DNA of 64,000 bases from positions 53,511 through 117,510 of the IMG/VR virus record IMGVR_UViG_3300021478_000019; one strand, written 5' to 3'. This DNA comes from a virus. The translations under genes and the position numbers were made by a program. The notes under the pieces are model-generated. The model was not told the DNA's origin. It saw nothing but the letters and a program-made list of their open reading frames with translations, and searched no databases. Shown here piece after piece: positions 34,152 to 42,977 of this stretch. Position 1 is the stretch's first letter, and every line of letters begins with the position of its first letter.

Positions 34152-35707
34152 AGCTCCCGCTCGGATAGGAATTTGGTCAGCGATTGCAGGTCCAGGGTCA
34201 GCCGACCCTTGGTGCCTATGCCCCGCCCATCGACGACGGCGTCCGCGATCTTCTGCTTCTGGGCCAGGAGAGCGGCCTGGTACTCGTCGAGGGAGTCCTT
34301 GACCTGCATGCTGATGAGCGTCACCTGGGGGAACTGGGACGACAGGCGGATGATGCGGGCCTGGCGCTGGGCGTAGGCGCCGGCACTCCAGGGCAGGTCC
34401 AGGGAGATCAGGTAGTTGCCCTGGGGCAGGTCGAGCCCTACGCCCCCGGCGTCAGAGGACAGGAACAGGCGCACATCGGCGTCGAGGGCGAAGCGCTGCT
34501 TGGCCACCTCTCGGTTCTTGGCGTTGACGTCCCCGGTGAATAGCACCGACTGGGTCAGGCCCTTGGTGGCCGTGGCCAGCAGGTCCAGGCTGTCCTTAAA
34601 GTTGGAGAAGACGACGCATTTGTTGACCGGGTTGGCGTCGAGGATGTCGGTGATCAACTCCACCGTGGCCTTGATCTTGGGGGCCTCGGTGACCTTCTCC
34701 AGGGCCCCGGCCAGGTGTAGCTCCTCGGCGTAGACCGACCCGGTGCGGTTGCCACCGGGGATCTCCCCCCGGTAGTGGGCAGCAGAGCGTCGCAGCAGGT
34801 CAGGGCTATCGAGCAGCATCCGTAGGCAGGTCAGCTTGGACATGATGTCGCCCCGCGCTTGACTTAGATCCGGGTCTCCGGTATAGAAGCCGGTCAGGCT
34901 GAAATTCCCGAACTCGTCGAAGGCTTGCTGGAGGGCCCGCTCCAGGTCACGCACGATGCGGCGGTACAGCCGGGCCCCGGCCTCGTCCATCTCCACGTAG
35001 ATGGACTGCTCGGTGATGGCCGGCAGCTGGTCCTTCACCTGGTCGCGGGTGTGGCGCACCATGTGGTCGGAGACCAGCTTGTGCAGGGTGGCCAGGTTGC
35101 GGTAGGCCCGCGGCCTGCCGAAGTGGTCCCGGCTGATGAAAGATCGGTCGAAGATGTCGAAGCGGCCCAGCACGGTGGGGTCGATCCACTGGAAGATCGA
35201 GAAGATTTCCTCGGGCCGGTTCTCGACCGGCTGACCGGTCAGCCCCCATTGGTAGGTGGCCTCCAGGCGCTTGAGCCGTTTGCTCCGCTTGGGGGCGAAG
35301 TTCTTCGCCCACTGGCACTCGTCGGCCACGATGAAGTCCCGCGGCAGCCGGCGCACGATGTCCCAGTCGCCCACCATCTGCTCGGGATTGATAATCAGGT
35401 ACTCAACCCGGCCACAGCGGTAGTCGCTGTACCAATCCAGTCGCTTCCTGGGCACCCCGTCGACCACGGCCACCTTGGCCGTCCCTTCCGTGAACTGATC
35501 GATCATGCGGGCCCACTGGTACTTGATGGAGGCCGGGGCGATGATGATGCCGCCGCCCACCAGGCCGTCGTCGATCAGCTGCTCCACCGCGGCGATGACC
35601 ACCACCGTCTTGCCCAGGCCCATCTCCATGGCCAGGAGCAGGTGCTTGGCCTCGATCATGCGGTCGACGGCCAGCTTCTGGAACGGGAAGAGTTCGCCCT
35701 TAAACAT
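34148..35707 (-). CDS. SNF2-family helicase
   Basis: 'MEMGLGKT', 'IVADECQ', 'LTGQPVENRPEE', 'AGGVGLDL', 'QRQARIIR'. Confidence 0.93.
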   Translation of the reverse strand: MFKGELFPFQKLAVDRMIEAKHLLLAMEMGLGKTVVVIAAVEQLIDDGLVGGGIIIAPASIKYQWARMIDQFTEGTAKVAVVDGVPRKRLDWYSDYRCGRVEYLIINPEQMVGDWDIVRRLPRDFIVADECQWAKNFAPKRSKRLKRLEATYQWGLTGQPVENRPEEIFSIFQWIDPTVLGRFDIFDRSFISRDHFGRPRAYRNLATLHKLVSDHMVRHTRDQVKDQLPAITEQSIYVEMDEAGARLYRRIVRDLERALQQAFDEFGNFSLTGFYTGDPDLSQARGDIMSKLTCLRMLLDSPDLLRRSAAHYRGEIPGGNRTGSVYAEELHLAGALEKVTEAPKIKATVELITDILDANPVNKCVVFSNFKDSLDLLATATKGLTQSVLFTGDVNAKNREVAKQRFALDADVRLFLSSDAGGVGLDLPQGNYLISLDLPWSAGAYAQRQARIIRLSSQFPQVTLISMQVKDSLDEYQAALLAQKQKIADAVVDGRGIGTKGRLTLDLQSLTKFLSEREL

Positions 35708-35834
35708 GCTGGATGCCGGGCGGCGCACCGATCGGGTTTGGTTTTGCCGCCCGGCGGGGTTGATCGTACAAGCCCTCGATTACTCTCACCGCATAGGCAT
35801 CACCCCTATCCACATAAGTTGCCATCGAGGTCAT
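35700..35834 (-). CDS. Small hypothetical protein (44 aa)
   Basis: Fills the gap and overlaps the genes on both sides. Confidence 0.45.
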   Translation of the reverse strand: MTSMATYVDRGDAYAVRVIEGLYDQPRRAAKPNPIGAPPGIQHV

Positions 35835-35959
35835 GTGAAGGCCAACGCGGCCAGGTAGAACGCCACCACGAAGGTGGCCACCCCCACGATGGTGACGGCG
35901 ACGACGAAGAACACCCGGTCGGAGGGCTTGGGCTCCCTCGGCGGGTCGTCCATCCGCAT
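35831..35959 (-). CDS. Small single-TM membrane peptide (42 aa)
   Basis: MRMDDPPREPKPSDRVFFVVAVTIVGVATFVVAFYLAALAFT. Confidence 0.55.
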   Translation of the reverse strand: MRMDDPPREPKPSDRVFFVVAVTIVGVATFVVAFYLAALAFT

Positions 35960-36846
35960 CACCAGTACGCCGCCAGGATCGCCGTCTGCACGCCCTCGTA
36001 GACCTCTTCAGCGGAACACTCGCCGGGATCCTTGCCGCTGGCGTGCTGGTAGTTGAACACCGTCATGGGCAGCCGGTGGTGCCACTTCTCGGCCAGGATG
36101 CGCCGGGTGGCGGCGATGCCGGTCTTGTCGTTGTCCAGGGCGAGGACCACCTTGTCGGCATGCTCGACCAGGAGGCGCAGTTGCTGGTCGGAGACGGCGG
36201 CGCCGTAGCTGGCCACCGCCGGCACGTTGAGCCCATTCAGGTACACGCAGTCGAGGGGGCTCTCCACCAGCAGCAGGCCGAAGTGCCGGGGGGCCTTGTC
36301 GACGGTGAGCCCGAACAGGGTCTTCGACTTCTTGATGCCGGGCGGGAAGTTGCGGGTGAACTCGGGCCCTTTGCGCTGGTAGCCCCACAGGGCGCCGGCA
36401 GGGCTGTGAATGGGCAGGATCCAGGCGTAGTCCTCGGGGTCGAAGCGCACCCCATAGCGCCGCGCTGCGTACGACCGGAGCTTGCGATGCTCCAGCGCGG
36501 TGCGGGGCGGGAACCCGAAGCGCTCCAGCTGGTCGTCGAAGTTCAGCGGCGGGGGCTCCCACTCCTCCTCATCGTCTTTGTCCAGCTGCACGTCATGCTG
36601 GACGAGCAGCTTGGAGATGCTCCAGGGGTCCAGCCCGGTCAGGTCGCTGACCAGGCGGGCCAGGCTGCCCTTGTACTCGCAGCTGAAGCAATAGTGCAGC
36701 CCGGTGCGCCGGCTGATCGACCAGTGGTCGGTCTTGCCCTCTCGCTCGCCGGTGCGCTTCTCATGGGCCGGGCAGCGGCCCTGGATCTCGTCACCGAGGG
36801 GTCGGATGTCCTCGATGCCGATGTAGTGGAGGAGGTCTTCCAGCAT
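35959..36846 (-). CDS. DNA primase (Zn finger + Toprim)
   Basis: 'CPAH...CFSC' Zn finger; 'LLVESPLD', 'VLALDNDKTG', 'KDPGE'. Confidence 0.92.
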   Translation of the reverse strand: MLEDLLHYIGIEDIRPLGDEIQGRCPAHEKRTGEREGKTDHWSISRRTGLHYCFSCEYKGSLARLVSDLTGLDPWSISKLLVQHDVQLDKDDEEEWEPPPLNFDDQLERFGFPPRTALEHRKLRSYAARRYGVRFDPEDYAWILPIHSPAGALWGYQRKGPEFTRNFPPGIKKSKTLFGLTVDKAPRHFGLLLVESPLDCVYLNGLNVPAVASYGAAVSDQQLRLLVEHADKVVLALDNDKTGIAATRRILAEKWHHRLPMTVFNYQHASGKDPGECSAEEVYEGVQTAILAAYW

Positions 36847-38087
36847 CAGCTGTCGTCGGTCTCGTCGTCGTCGGCCTCGTACTCCACCTCGCCCATCTCC
36901 AAGATGGCGCCCATGTCCCAGTCGAAGCGCAGCCGGATCTCCTTCTGGGTGGTGTTGCGGGCGGCGATGATCTTGAGGACGCGTTCGGCCTTATCGTCGG
37001 TCTCTTCCAGCCCGAAGACCACGTCGGAGTCCTGGCCGAAGCTGGAGGAGTAGCCGATGCTGTCCAGCTTGAGGCCCCGCTTGGACTTCCAGGTCAGGGC
37101 CTGGGTGGAGATGACGATCGGGATGCCAGCCCGCTGGGCCAGGCGCTTGAGGGAGCGGGTGACCGAGGTCAGGGCCTGGGCCGAGTTGGGCTCGACGCCC
37201 TGCACCTCGGCGTCGATCATGTAGGCGCCATCGACGAACAGGATGTCGGGCCGGTGCTGGCTGACCTTGGAGCCCAGAGCGCTGACGGTGGTGGTGGAGG
37301 AGGGGTCATGCACGAACAGCATCGGGTGCAGGTCTTCCATCTCGGCCATCATCTGACCCAGCTTGCGCTGCTCATGGGGCCACAGGCTGCCATTGGCCAG
37401 CCGGTTGTAGCTGACACCGGCCCGGAAGGTGTCATGGCGCATGGACTGCTCCTGGGTGGACATCTCAAAGGTAATGAACATGGGCTTATGGCCGCTGGCG
37501 TGCGCCGCGATGCACATGGCCAGGATGATCACTGACTTGCCCACCTTGGACGTGCCCACGATGGAGATCAGCTGCTCGGGTTGGAGCCCGGCGGTGGCCC
37601 GGTCCATGCCGGGGAAGCCGGTGGGGATGCCCCGCATCCCTTCCTGGTTGCTCAGGCTGGCGTAGAAAGCCAATCGGGCCTCCGTGGTCTTGCACAGGTC
37701 GATGTCATGGAGGTCGGAGACCTCCGAGTGGGTGGCCTCCAGCCCGTGGGCCAAGATCTTGATGGCGCTGGCGGCGTCGCCGGCCTTGAGGGGCTCCTGG
37801 GTCCGGTCCAGCATGTCGAGGACCAGGGCATAGCGGTGCCGCTCCCGCATCTGCTCTACGTAGTAGGACAGGGGCTCCTGGGTGGGGACCAGGGTGTAGC
37901 GGGGGAAGGCGTGGTGGAGCGCATCGGTGCCGGGGGAGGCACCGTGGTTGTTCCAGTGGTCGACCATCCAGCTGAAGACGGTGCCGTTGTCGGGGTCCGC
38001 GAAGTAGTCCCGAGTGATGCGGGCGTCCAGCACGGGACGAATATCCGACTCGACGACTTTGCACAGGAGGGCCCATTCAATGTCCAT
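36846..38087 (-). CDS. dnaB: DnaB-like replicative helicase
   Basis: 'GIPTGF', Walker A GTSKVGKS, 'FEMS', 'LFVDG', 'QDSDVV'. Confidence 0.93.
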   Translation of the reverse strand: MDIEWALLCKVVESDIRPVLDARITRDYFADPDNGTVFSWMVDHWNNHGASPGTDALHHAFPRYTLVPTQEPLSYYVEQMRERHRYALVLDMLDRTQEPLKAGDAASAIKILAHGLEATHSEVSDLHDIDLCKTTEARLAFYASLSNQEGMRGIPTGFPGMDRATAGLQPEQLISIVGTSKVGKSVIILAMCIAAHASGHKPMFITFEMSTQEQSMRHDTFRAGVSYNRLANGSLWPHEQRKLGQMMAEMEDLHPMLFVHDPSSTTTVSALGSKVSQHRPDILFVDGAYMIDAEVQGVEPNSAQALTSVTRSLKRLAQRAGIPIVISTQALTWKSKRGLKLDSIGYSSSFGQDSDVVFGLEETDDKAERVLKIIAARNTTQKEIRLRFDWDMGAILEMGEVEYEADDDETDDS

Positions 38088-38119
38088 TTTGTACCCCTAG
38101 AGCTCGGAAGTTAGCATTG

Positions 38120-38560
38120 CTAAGGGCTCGAGTGTGTCGCCACACCGACCCCGTGGGGACCGAAGGCCCAGCGCTGCTCCTCCAGCCCGTAGTAGACCCG
38201 CCAGACGTCGGGCATGGTGGGGAGCTTGCGGCCCAGGCCAGCTGCGGTCTCGGAGAAGACGTAGCGGGCCGGCAGGTTCTGCCGCTCCATCAGCCGGGCC
38301 ACAGCCATGGCGAACTCGGGCTGCCGGCTGGTGACGCAGACGTCGATTCGCATCCCGGTGGTGGCCAGCATCGACCACATCTGGTTAATGGTGGGCCCGT
38401 TCAGCTGCCAGTACCGCACCGCCTGATCGAAGAGGCCCATGCGCCGTTTGATCCACTCCAGGTCACGGATGACCCGGCCCCCTGGGAGGGTGGCCACCGC
38501 ACCCTCCCAGATGAAGATGGACCGGAGCGGGACCTCAGTCCCCAGCTGACCGTTCTTCAC
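38120..38560 (-). CDS. Hypothetical protein (possibly degenerate HAD-like)
   Basis: GTG start; 'IFIWEGAVA'. Confidence 0.6.
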   Translation of the reverse strand: MKNGQLGTEVPLRSIFIWEGAVATLPGGRVIRDLEWIKRRMGLFDQAVRYWQLNGPTINQMWSMLATTGMRIDVCVTSRQPEFAMAVARLMERQNLPARYVFSETAAGLGRKLPTMPDVWRVYYGLEEQRWAFGPHGVGVATHSSP

Positions 38561-39170
38561 GGGTCCGATAGTCCTCACTACCGATGTAGATCACCTCGGT
38601 GGCTTCGTGGAGGAAGGAGACCAGCCCCTCGGTGTAGCGTTGGTCAAGCTGGTCTTCGCCGCAGTTGGAGGTCAGCAGGAACGGCAGTCCCCGGTTGTAG
38701 CGGAAACGAGTCAGGTCGAAGAGTTGGTTGGCAGACCAACCCGAACCTGACTCGTATTCGCGTCCGATGTCATCCAAGAGGACCCAGTCGGCGGCAGTCC
38801 GCTTGGCGCCCCCCTTGATGCGGCGAACGTGTTCCTCGATCCGGTACCACTCGTCCTGGGCCTCCTCGTTCCCGTTTTTGCCGAAGCTCGCCAGGGTGTA
38901 CTGCTTCTTGACCAGTTCCACCAGGGCGGTGAACTCGATGGCCTCGATGCGGTAGTTCCTGGCCTTGGCCTCCTTCAGTACCAGGCAGGACAGCATGGTC
39001 TTACCTACCCCCGCCGGGCCCAGGAGCGTCAGGCCGTGACCCTTGGCCCGGTTGTCGTCCAGGTTGGCGATATAGGTCGTCACCTGGTCGAGCGCATCCT
39101 GCATGTAGTCGTCGGTAACCCGGATGTCCTCCAGGGTCATGTCGCGGTATGGACCGAATATGTCACGCAT
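38535..39170 (-). CDS. DnaC/IstB-like ATPase (helicase loader)
   Basis: Walker A GPAGVGKT, 'LLDDIGRE', 'RYNRGLPFLLTSN', 'EDYR'. Confidence 0.9.
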   Translation of the reverse strand: MRDIFGPYRDMTLEDIRVTDDYMQDALDQVTTYIANLDDNRAKGHGLTLLGPAGVGKTMLSCLVLKEAKARNYRIEAIEFTALVELVKKQYTLASFGKNGNEEAQDEWYRIEEHVRRIKGGAKRTAADWVLLDDIGREYESGSGWSANQLFDLTRFRYNRGLPFLLTSNCGEDQLDQRYTEGLVSFLHEATEVIYIGSEDYRTREERSAGD

Positions 39171-39577
39171 TACTGCTCCTTTCTGGTTGTGCCCCTACGC
39201 TTTTTGAACCCCGCCACTCGTTGCTTGTGGGCGATCGCCCTCGCCACCATCTGGGTCTGGAGGGAACGGCTCCAGCCGCGGGCCCAGTCATAGAATTGCT
39301 TCCGCCCTTCGTAGATCTTTCGCCGTTCGGCGGCACTATATCCCGACCAGATCCCGTACGGCACCTCTGGGAAGTGACGGATCGACCAGCGGGCGCACGG
39401 CTTGCGTACCGGGCAGCCGATGCAGGTGGCTCGGCACAGGGCCAGGGCCTCCAGCCCGGACACCGGGCCCTCCTCAAAGTACAGGTCTCGCATGTCGCGG
39501 CACTTCCGACCGGGGTGGTCGAGGAAGTCGTAGCTGTCGGGGTCGCCGCCGTACCACCAGATGGGGATGCTGGTCAT
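39170..39577 (-). CDS. whiB: Second WhiB-family transcription factor
   Basis: 'RKC.....LYF...ATCIGCPVRKPC...YGIWSGYSAAERR'. Confidence 0.85.
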   Translation of the reverse strand: MTSIPIWWYGGDPDSYDFLDHPGRKCRDMRDLYFEEGPVSGLEALALCRATCIGCPVRKPCARWSIRHFPEVPYGIWSGYSAAERRKIYEGRKQFYDWARGWSRSLQTQMVARAIAHKQRVAGFKKRRGTTRKEQ

Positions 39578-40338
39578 GTTGCTGCGGCCCGGACCTTGGA
39601 GGGGTAGGTGATCCATGCCGACCGATTGTCCCGTACCCGTGAGACACCCACCTTGGCCTGGGCCGATAGCACCAGGCTCACCAATTCGGGCCTGTAGCTC
39701 AGGAACACCCGCCAGGCCGGGCGCCTGGACCTACCGGCCCACTGCGAGTGCTTCCCGAACTCCCACATCATGGCTTCAATAAATGTGGGCCCGAACTGCT
39801 TGTCTTTCTCCCACCACAGCCTGAGATTCCGGGCCAGGGCCGGGGTGTTGATCTCTGAAGGGACCACACGAATTCCACAGCTTGTACACACCTTGGGGAA
39901 AACCTCGCCGGCCAGCTGGTACCAGGGACCCCTCCTGAGTTGCTTGAAAGAACTCGCCCGAGTAAATACAAGGTGCCCTTCGGGCACACTCATGTCGCTT
40001 CGGCTTCGCCTTCGCGACATGACGAGGGTCGGGGGCTCACTCAGCCGCTGCGCGGCTAAGCTATCCCCCTCTGCTGCCGGGGGCAGCGAGGTCACAGAAA
40101 TAGTGCAAAGAATTTTCTGGGCCAGAGGGAGGACCCTGGTCCCCGCCTCGGTGCGGTCGAGGTAGCCAGCGTCCTCAAGCTCCTGGTACCGGGTCCTGCC
40201 GTCTGATTCCCCGGTCAGGTTGTTGACGATTTCCACAACCTCTTCGATGGGCTTCTTGATCAGCCCCCGGCGAGAAGACAGCTGGTAGAGGGTGGGAAGT
40301 ACCTGAAGGGCGCGTTCATCCAGGCTGATGTTGTCCAT
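39574..40338 (-). CDS. Putative replication initiator
   Basis: N-terminal wHTH-like segment; first gene of the operon containing DnaC/DnaB/primase; function inferred from position. Confidence 0.5.
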   Translation of the reverse strand: MDNISLDERALQVLPTLYQLSSRRGLIKKPIEEVVEIVNNLTGESDGRTRYQELEDAGYLDRTEAGTRVLPLAQKILCTISVTSLPPAAEGDSLAAQRLSEPPTLVMSRRRSRSDMSVPEGHLVFTRASSFKQLRRGPWYQLAGEVFPKVCTSCGIRVVPSEINTPALARNLRLWWEKDKQFGPTFIEAMMWEFGKHSQWAGRSRRPAWRVFLSYRPELVSLVLSAQAKVGVSRVRDNRSAWITYPSKVRAAAT

Positions 40339-40367
40339 AAGTTATCCCCAATAAGGTCCGACGTTGG

Positions 40368-42098
40368 ATGGAACACCCCGCCACCGAGGTGGCGAGTGGA
40401 GTCGTTTTACACCCCGGCCCTGGCCCGGTCAAGGGGAGAAATACGCCCGGAACTAAGGTGCTGGTAGTGACCTATGTGGACGATCCGCGCCTGGATGAGG
40501 TGCCCGAGGAGGAGGAGTTCCTCTCCGAGGATCTGGCCGGCCTGGCGCCGGCTGCCCTCGACCCGGCTGATGCTCGCTTCGTGCAGATGCTGGTGGACCG
40601 GGTGTGGGAGTTCACGGTCATGTTCAGTGGCGTCGAGATGTTCCCGTACCAGGCTGCCCTGGGCCGGCGCATCATCGAGTCGGTCATCAGCTGCGACGGC
40701 GCCACCATCACCGGCGAGCTATCCCGCCAGAGCGGAAAAACCGAGGTGGTGGCCAACGTAGCCAGCAGTCTCATGATCCTTTTACCGCGCCTGGCGGAAA
40801 TGTTCCCCGAGTTTGAGCCCCTTCAGAAATTCGCCAGGGGGGTTATGATCGGGTGCTTCGCTCCGGTCGAGCAGCAGGTGGAGACCCTCTTCGGGCGGGT
40901 GGTTGACCGGCTCACCAGTGAGCGGGCCCTGGAGATCCTTGAGGACCCCGACATCGACGACAGCGTGCGGCCCGGCTCCCGCAAGGTGCGGTTACGTAAA
41001 TGCCAGAGCTTTTGCGCCATGCAAACGGCAAACCCCAGGGCAAAAATAGAATCCAAGAGCTACCACGTCATATTTGTGGACGAAAGTCAGAGCGTAGACG
41101 AATATGTTTTGAACAAATCCATCACCCCCATGGGAGCCTTCTATTTAGCTACCATGGTCATGACCGGGACCCCTGATATCGTTAAAGGTGTCTTCTACAA
41201 GACGATTCAGTTCAACAAGCGCCAGGAATTACGGCGCGGGGGCAAGAAGAACCACTTCCGCTTCGACTGGAAGTTCTGCGCCCGGTACAACCGCAACTAC
41301 GCCGCCTACATCCGGGGCGAGGCCAGTCGCATCGGGGAGGACTCCGACGAGTTCCGGCTCAACTACCGCCTGGAGTGGCTGCTGGAGCGGGGCATGCTCA
41401 TCACCGAGAGCCGCCTCGACGAACTGGGCGACCCCTCCATGCCCATCGTGCCGGCCTACTGGAAGAGCCCCCTCATCGCCGGCATCGACTTCGCCCGGCG
41501 CATGGACTCCACGGTCTGCACGGTGGTGTGGGTGGACTGGGACCGGCCCGACGAACTGGGGCTGTACGACCACCGCATCCTCAACTGGCTGGAAATCCAT
41601 GGCGAAGAGTGGGAGGAGCAGTACTTCCGCATCATCGATTTCCTGTCCAACTACTCTGTGATGGCGGTCGGTGTCGACGCCCAAGGGGTTGGAGACGTCG
41701 CTGCCGACCGCTTAAAGCGCCTGCTGCCCAAGATCCAGGTTGAGCCCCTGTCGTCGAACATCGGGGACCAGAGCCTGCGCTGGAAGCACCTCCAGCAGCT
41801 GCTACAGCGGGGCCTGCTGTCCTGGCCGGCCCACCCCAAGGCCAAGAAGACGAAAACCTGGCGGCGTTTTCGCCAGCAGATGATGGATGTCGAGAAGAAA
41901 TATACGGGCCCCCACATGGTGGTGGAGGCGCCCGACGAGGCCGGTGTCCACGATGACTACGTCGACAGCCTGGCCTGCGCCACCATCATGTCGCAGGCTC
42001 TGATGGTGCCCGAGGTGGAGGTCCAGACCACGCCCTGGTCGGCCCCCATCCGTAGAGCTACCGGCGTGCCTCGCCAGATGCAGCGGGCCCGCCGTTAG
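40368..42098 (+). CDS. Terminase large subunit (true start may be GTG 40476)
   Basis: Walker A 'SRQSGKT', Walker B 'VIFVDESQ', 'TGTP', nuclease 'AGIDFAR..D' and 'HDDYVDS'. Confidence 0.95.
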   Translation: MEHPATEVASGVVLHPGPGPVKGRNTPGTKVLVVTYVDDPRLDEVPEEEEFLSEDLAGLAPAALDPADARFVQMLVDRVWEFTVMFSGVEMFPYQAALGRRIIESVISCDGATITGELSRQSGKTEVVANVASSLMILLPRLAEMFPEFEPLQKFARGVMIGCFAPVEQQVETLFGRVVDRLTSERALEILEDPDIDDSVRPGSRKVRLRKCQSFCAMQTANPRAKIESKSYHVIFVDESQSVDEYVLNKSITPMGAFYLATMVMTGTPDIVKGVFYKTIQFNKRQELRRGGKKNHFRFDWKFCARYNRNYAAYIRGEASRIGEDSDEFRLNYRLEWLLERGMLITESRLDELGDPSMPIVPAYWKSPLIAGIDFARRMDSTVCTVVWVDWDRPDELGLYDHRILNWLEIHGEEWEEQYFRIIDFLSNYSVMAVGVDAQGVGDVAADRLKRLLPKIQVEPLSSNIGDQSLRWKHLQQLLQRGLLSWPAHPKAKKTKTWRRFRQQMMDVEKKYTGPHMVVEAPDEAGVHDDYVDSLACATIMSQALMVPEVEVQTTPWSAPIRRATGVPRQMQRARR

Positions 42099-42331
42099 GG
42101 GCGGTCGAGAAACCAGCCTTCTCGCTGGCGCATGATGAGCCGGTCTATCTCGGCGTTGGAGTGCTGCTCCCGTAACCGGCCTCGGGCTTCGCCCTTCTTC
42201 CAGCCGGCGTTCTTCTCGGCCTGGCGCACATCGGCATCAGCTGGGCTCTTGGCGTAGCGGCGGGGCAGAGTGTTGGTGGCGCGCTGCATGCTGGTGTCCG
42301 CAGCCCAGTCGGATCCCTCCACGATCCTCAT
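42095..42331 (-). CDS. Hypothetical protein on the opposite strand
   Basis: 78 aa ORF filling the gap. Confidence 0.5.
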   Translation of the reverse strand: MRIVEGSDWAADTSMQRATNTLPRRYAKSPADADVRQAEKNAGWKKGEARGRLREQHSNAEIDRLIMRQREGWFLDRP

Positions 42332-42412
42332 GGTACTTCGGGTGGCTCAGGTGGGGGGTACTGGCGTAACTAGCGTTTGTGGGAACGAGCTATCAGCTAC
42401 CAAGGAGCCGCC

Positions 42413-42814
42413 ATGACTTTGGCCCCAGACCCGATGTTCCCTGAGAAGCCCAACTACCAGTACGACATGGCGCCTGGGCCCAACCGGGCCGGGCAGCGCG
42501 GGCCGCTCCGGTTTGAGGAAGGCGTCGCCACCGACACGGACGTCCCCTCGGACTTCTCCAGGGGGATGATGGAGTTCATGGTTCCGGCCCCAGGCCGGCT
42601 GAACCATATCGATCCCTCGACCCAGTTCAAGATGCCCGAGGAGACCATGCGGGAGCGGGCCCATGTCGGCTCCGCGGCGTGGATCGACGCCCCCACCATG
42701 TTGGGGGAATTTGCTCATGGTTCTTTCACGGACGCGGCGGAGGTGACCTACGAACAGGTGGTCCGCAACGGTCGCATCCAGAAGCGGCGGTCCCCCGAGG
42801 TCGTCTCCGACTGA
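42413..42814 (+). CDS. Hypothetical head-region protein
   Basis: AAGGAG RBS; 'GPLRFEEGVATDTDVP...EETMRERAHVGSAAWI'. Confidence 0.8.
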   Translation: MTLAPDPMFPEKPNYQYDMAPGPNRAGQRGPLRFEEGVATDTDVPSDFSRGMMEFMVPAPGRLNHIDPSTQFKMPEETMRERAHVGSAAWIDAPTMLGEFAHGSFTDAAEVTYEQVVRNGRIQKRRSPEVVSD

Positions 42815-42815
42815 G

Positions 42816-42977
42816 ATGGCTGAGCAGGAACGTCACCCCTCCAAGACGCCGGCCCAGGACTACTGGCCCGACAACCCCAAGGGTCATGAGTGGACCGACC
42901 CGGAGGTATTGCAGCGCCTGCGCCCAGACCTCTTCCATGACCGGCGGGAAGAGGGTCGCCGGGATAGGCCCAACTGA
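42816..42977 (+). CDS. Small hypothetical protein (53 aa, not in the ORF track)
   Basis: MAEQERHPSKTPAQDYWPDNPKGHEW...; TGATG coupling to the next gene. Confidence 0.55.
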   Translation: MAEQERHPSKTPAQDYWPDNPKGHEWTDPEVLQRLRPDLFHDRREEGRRDRPN

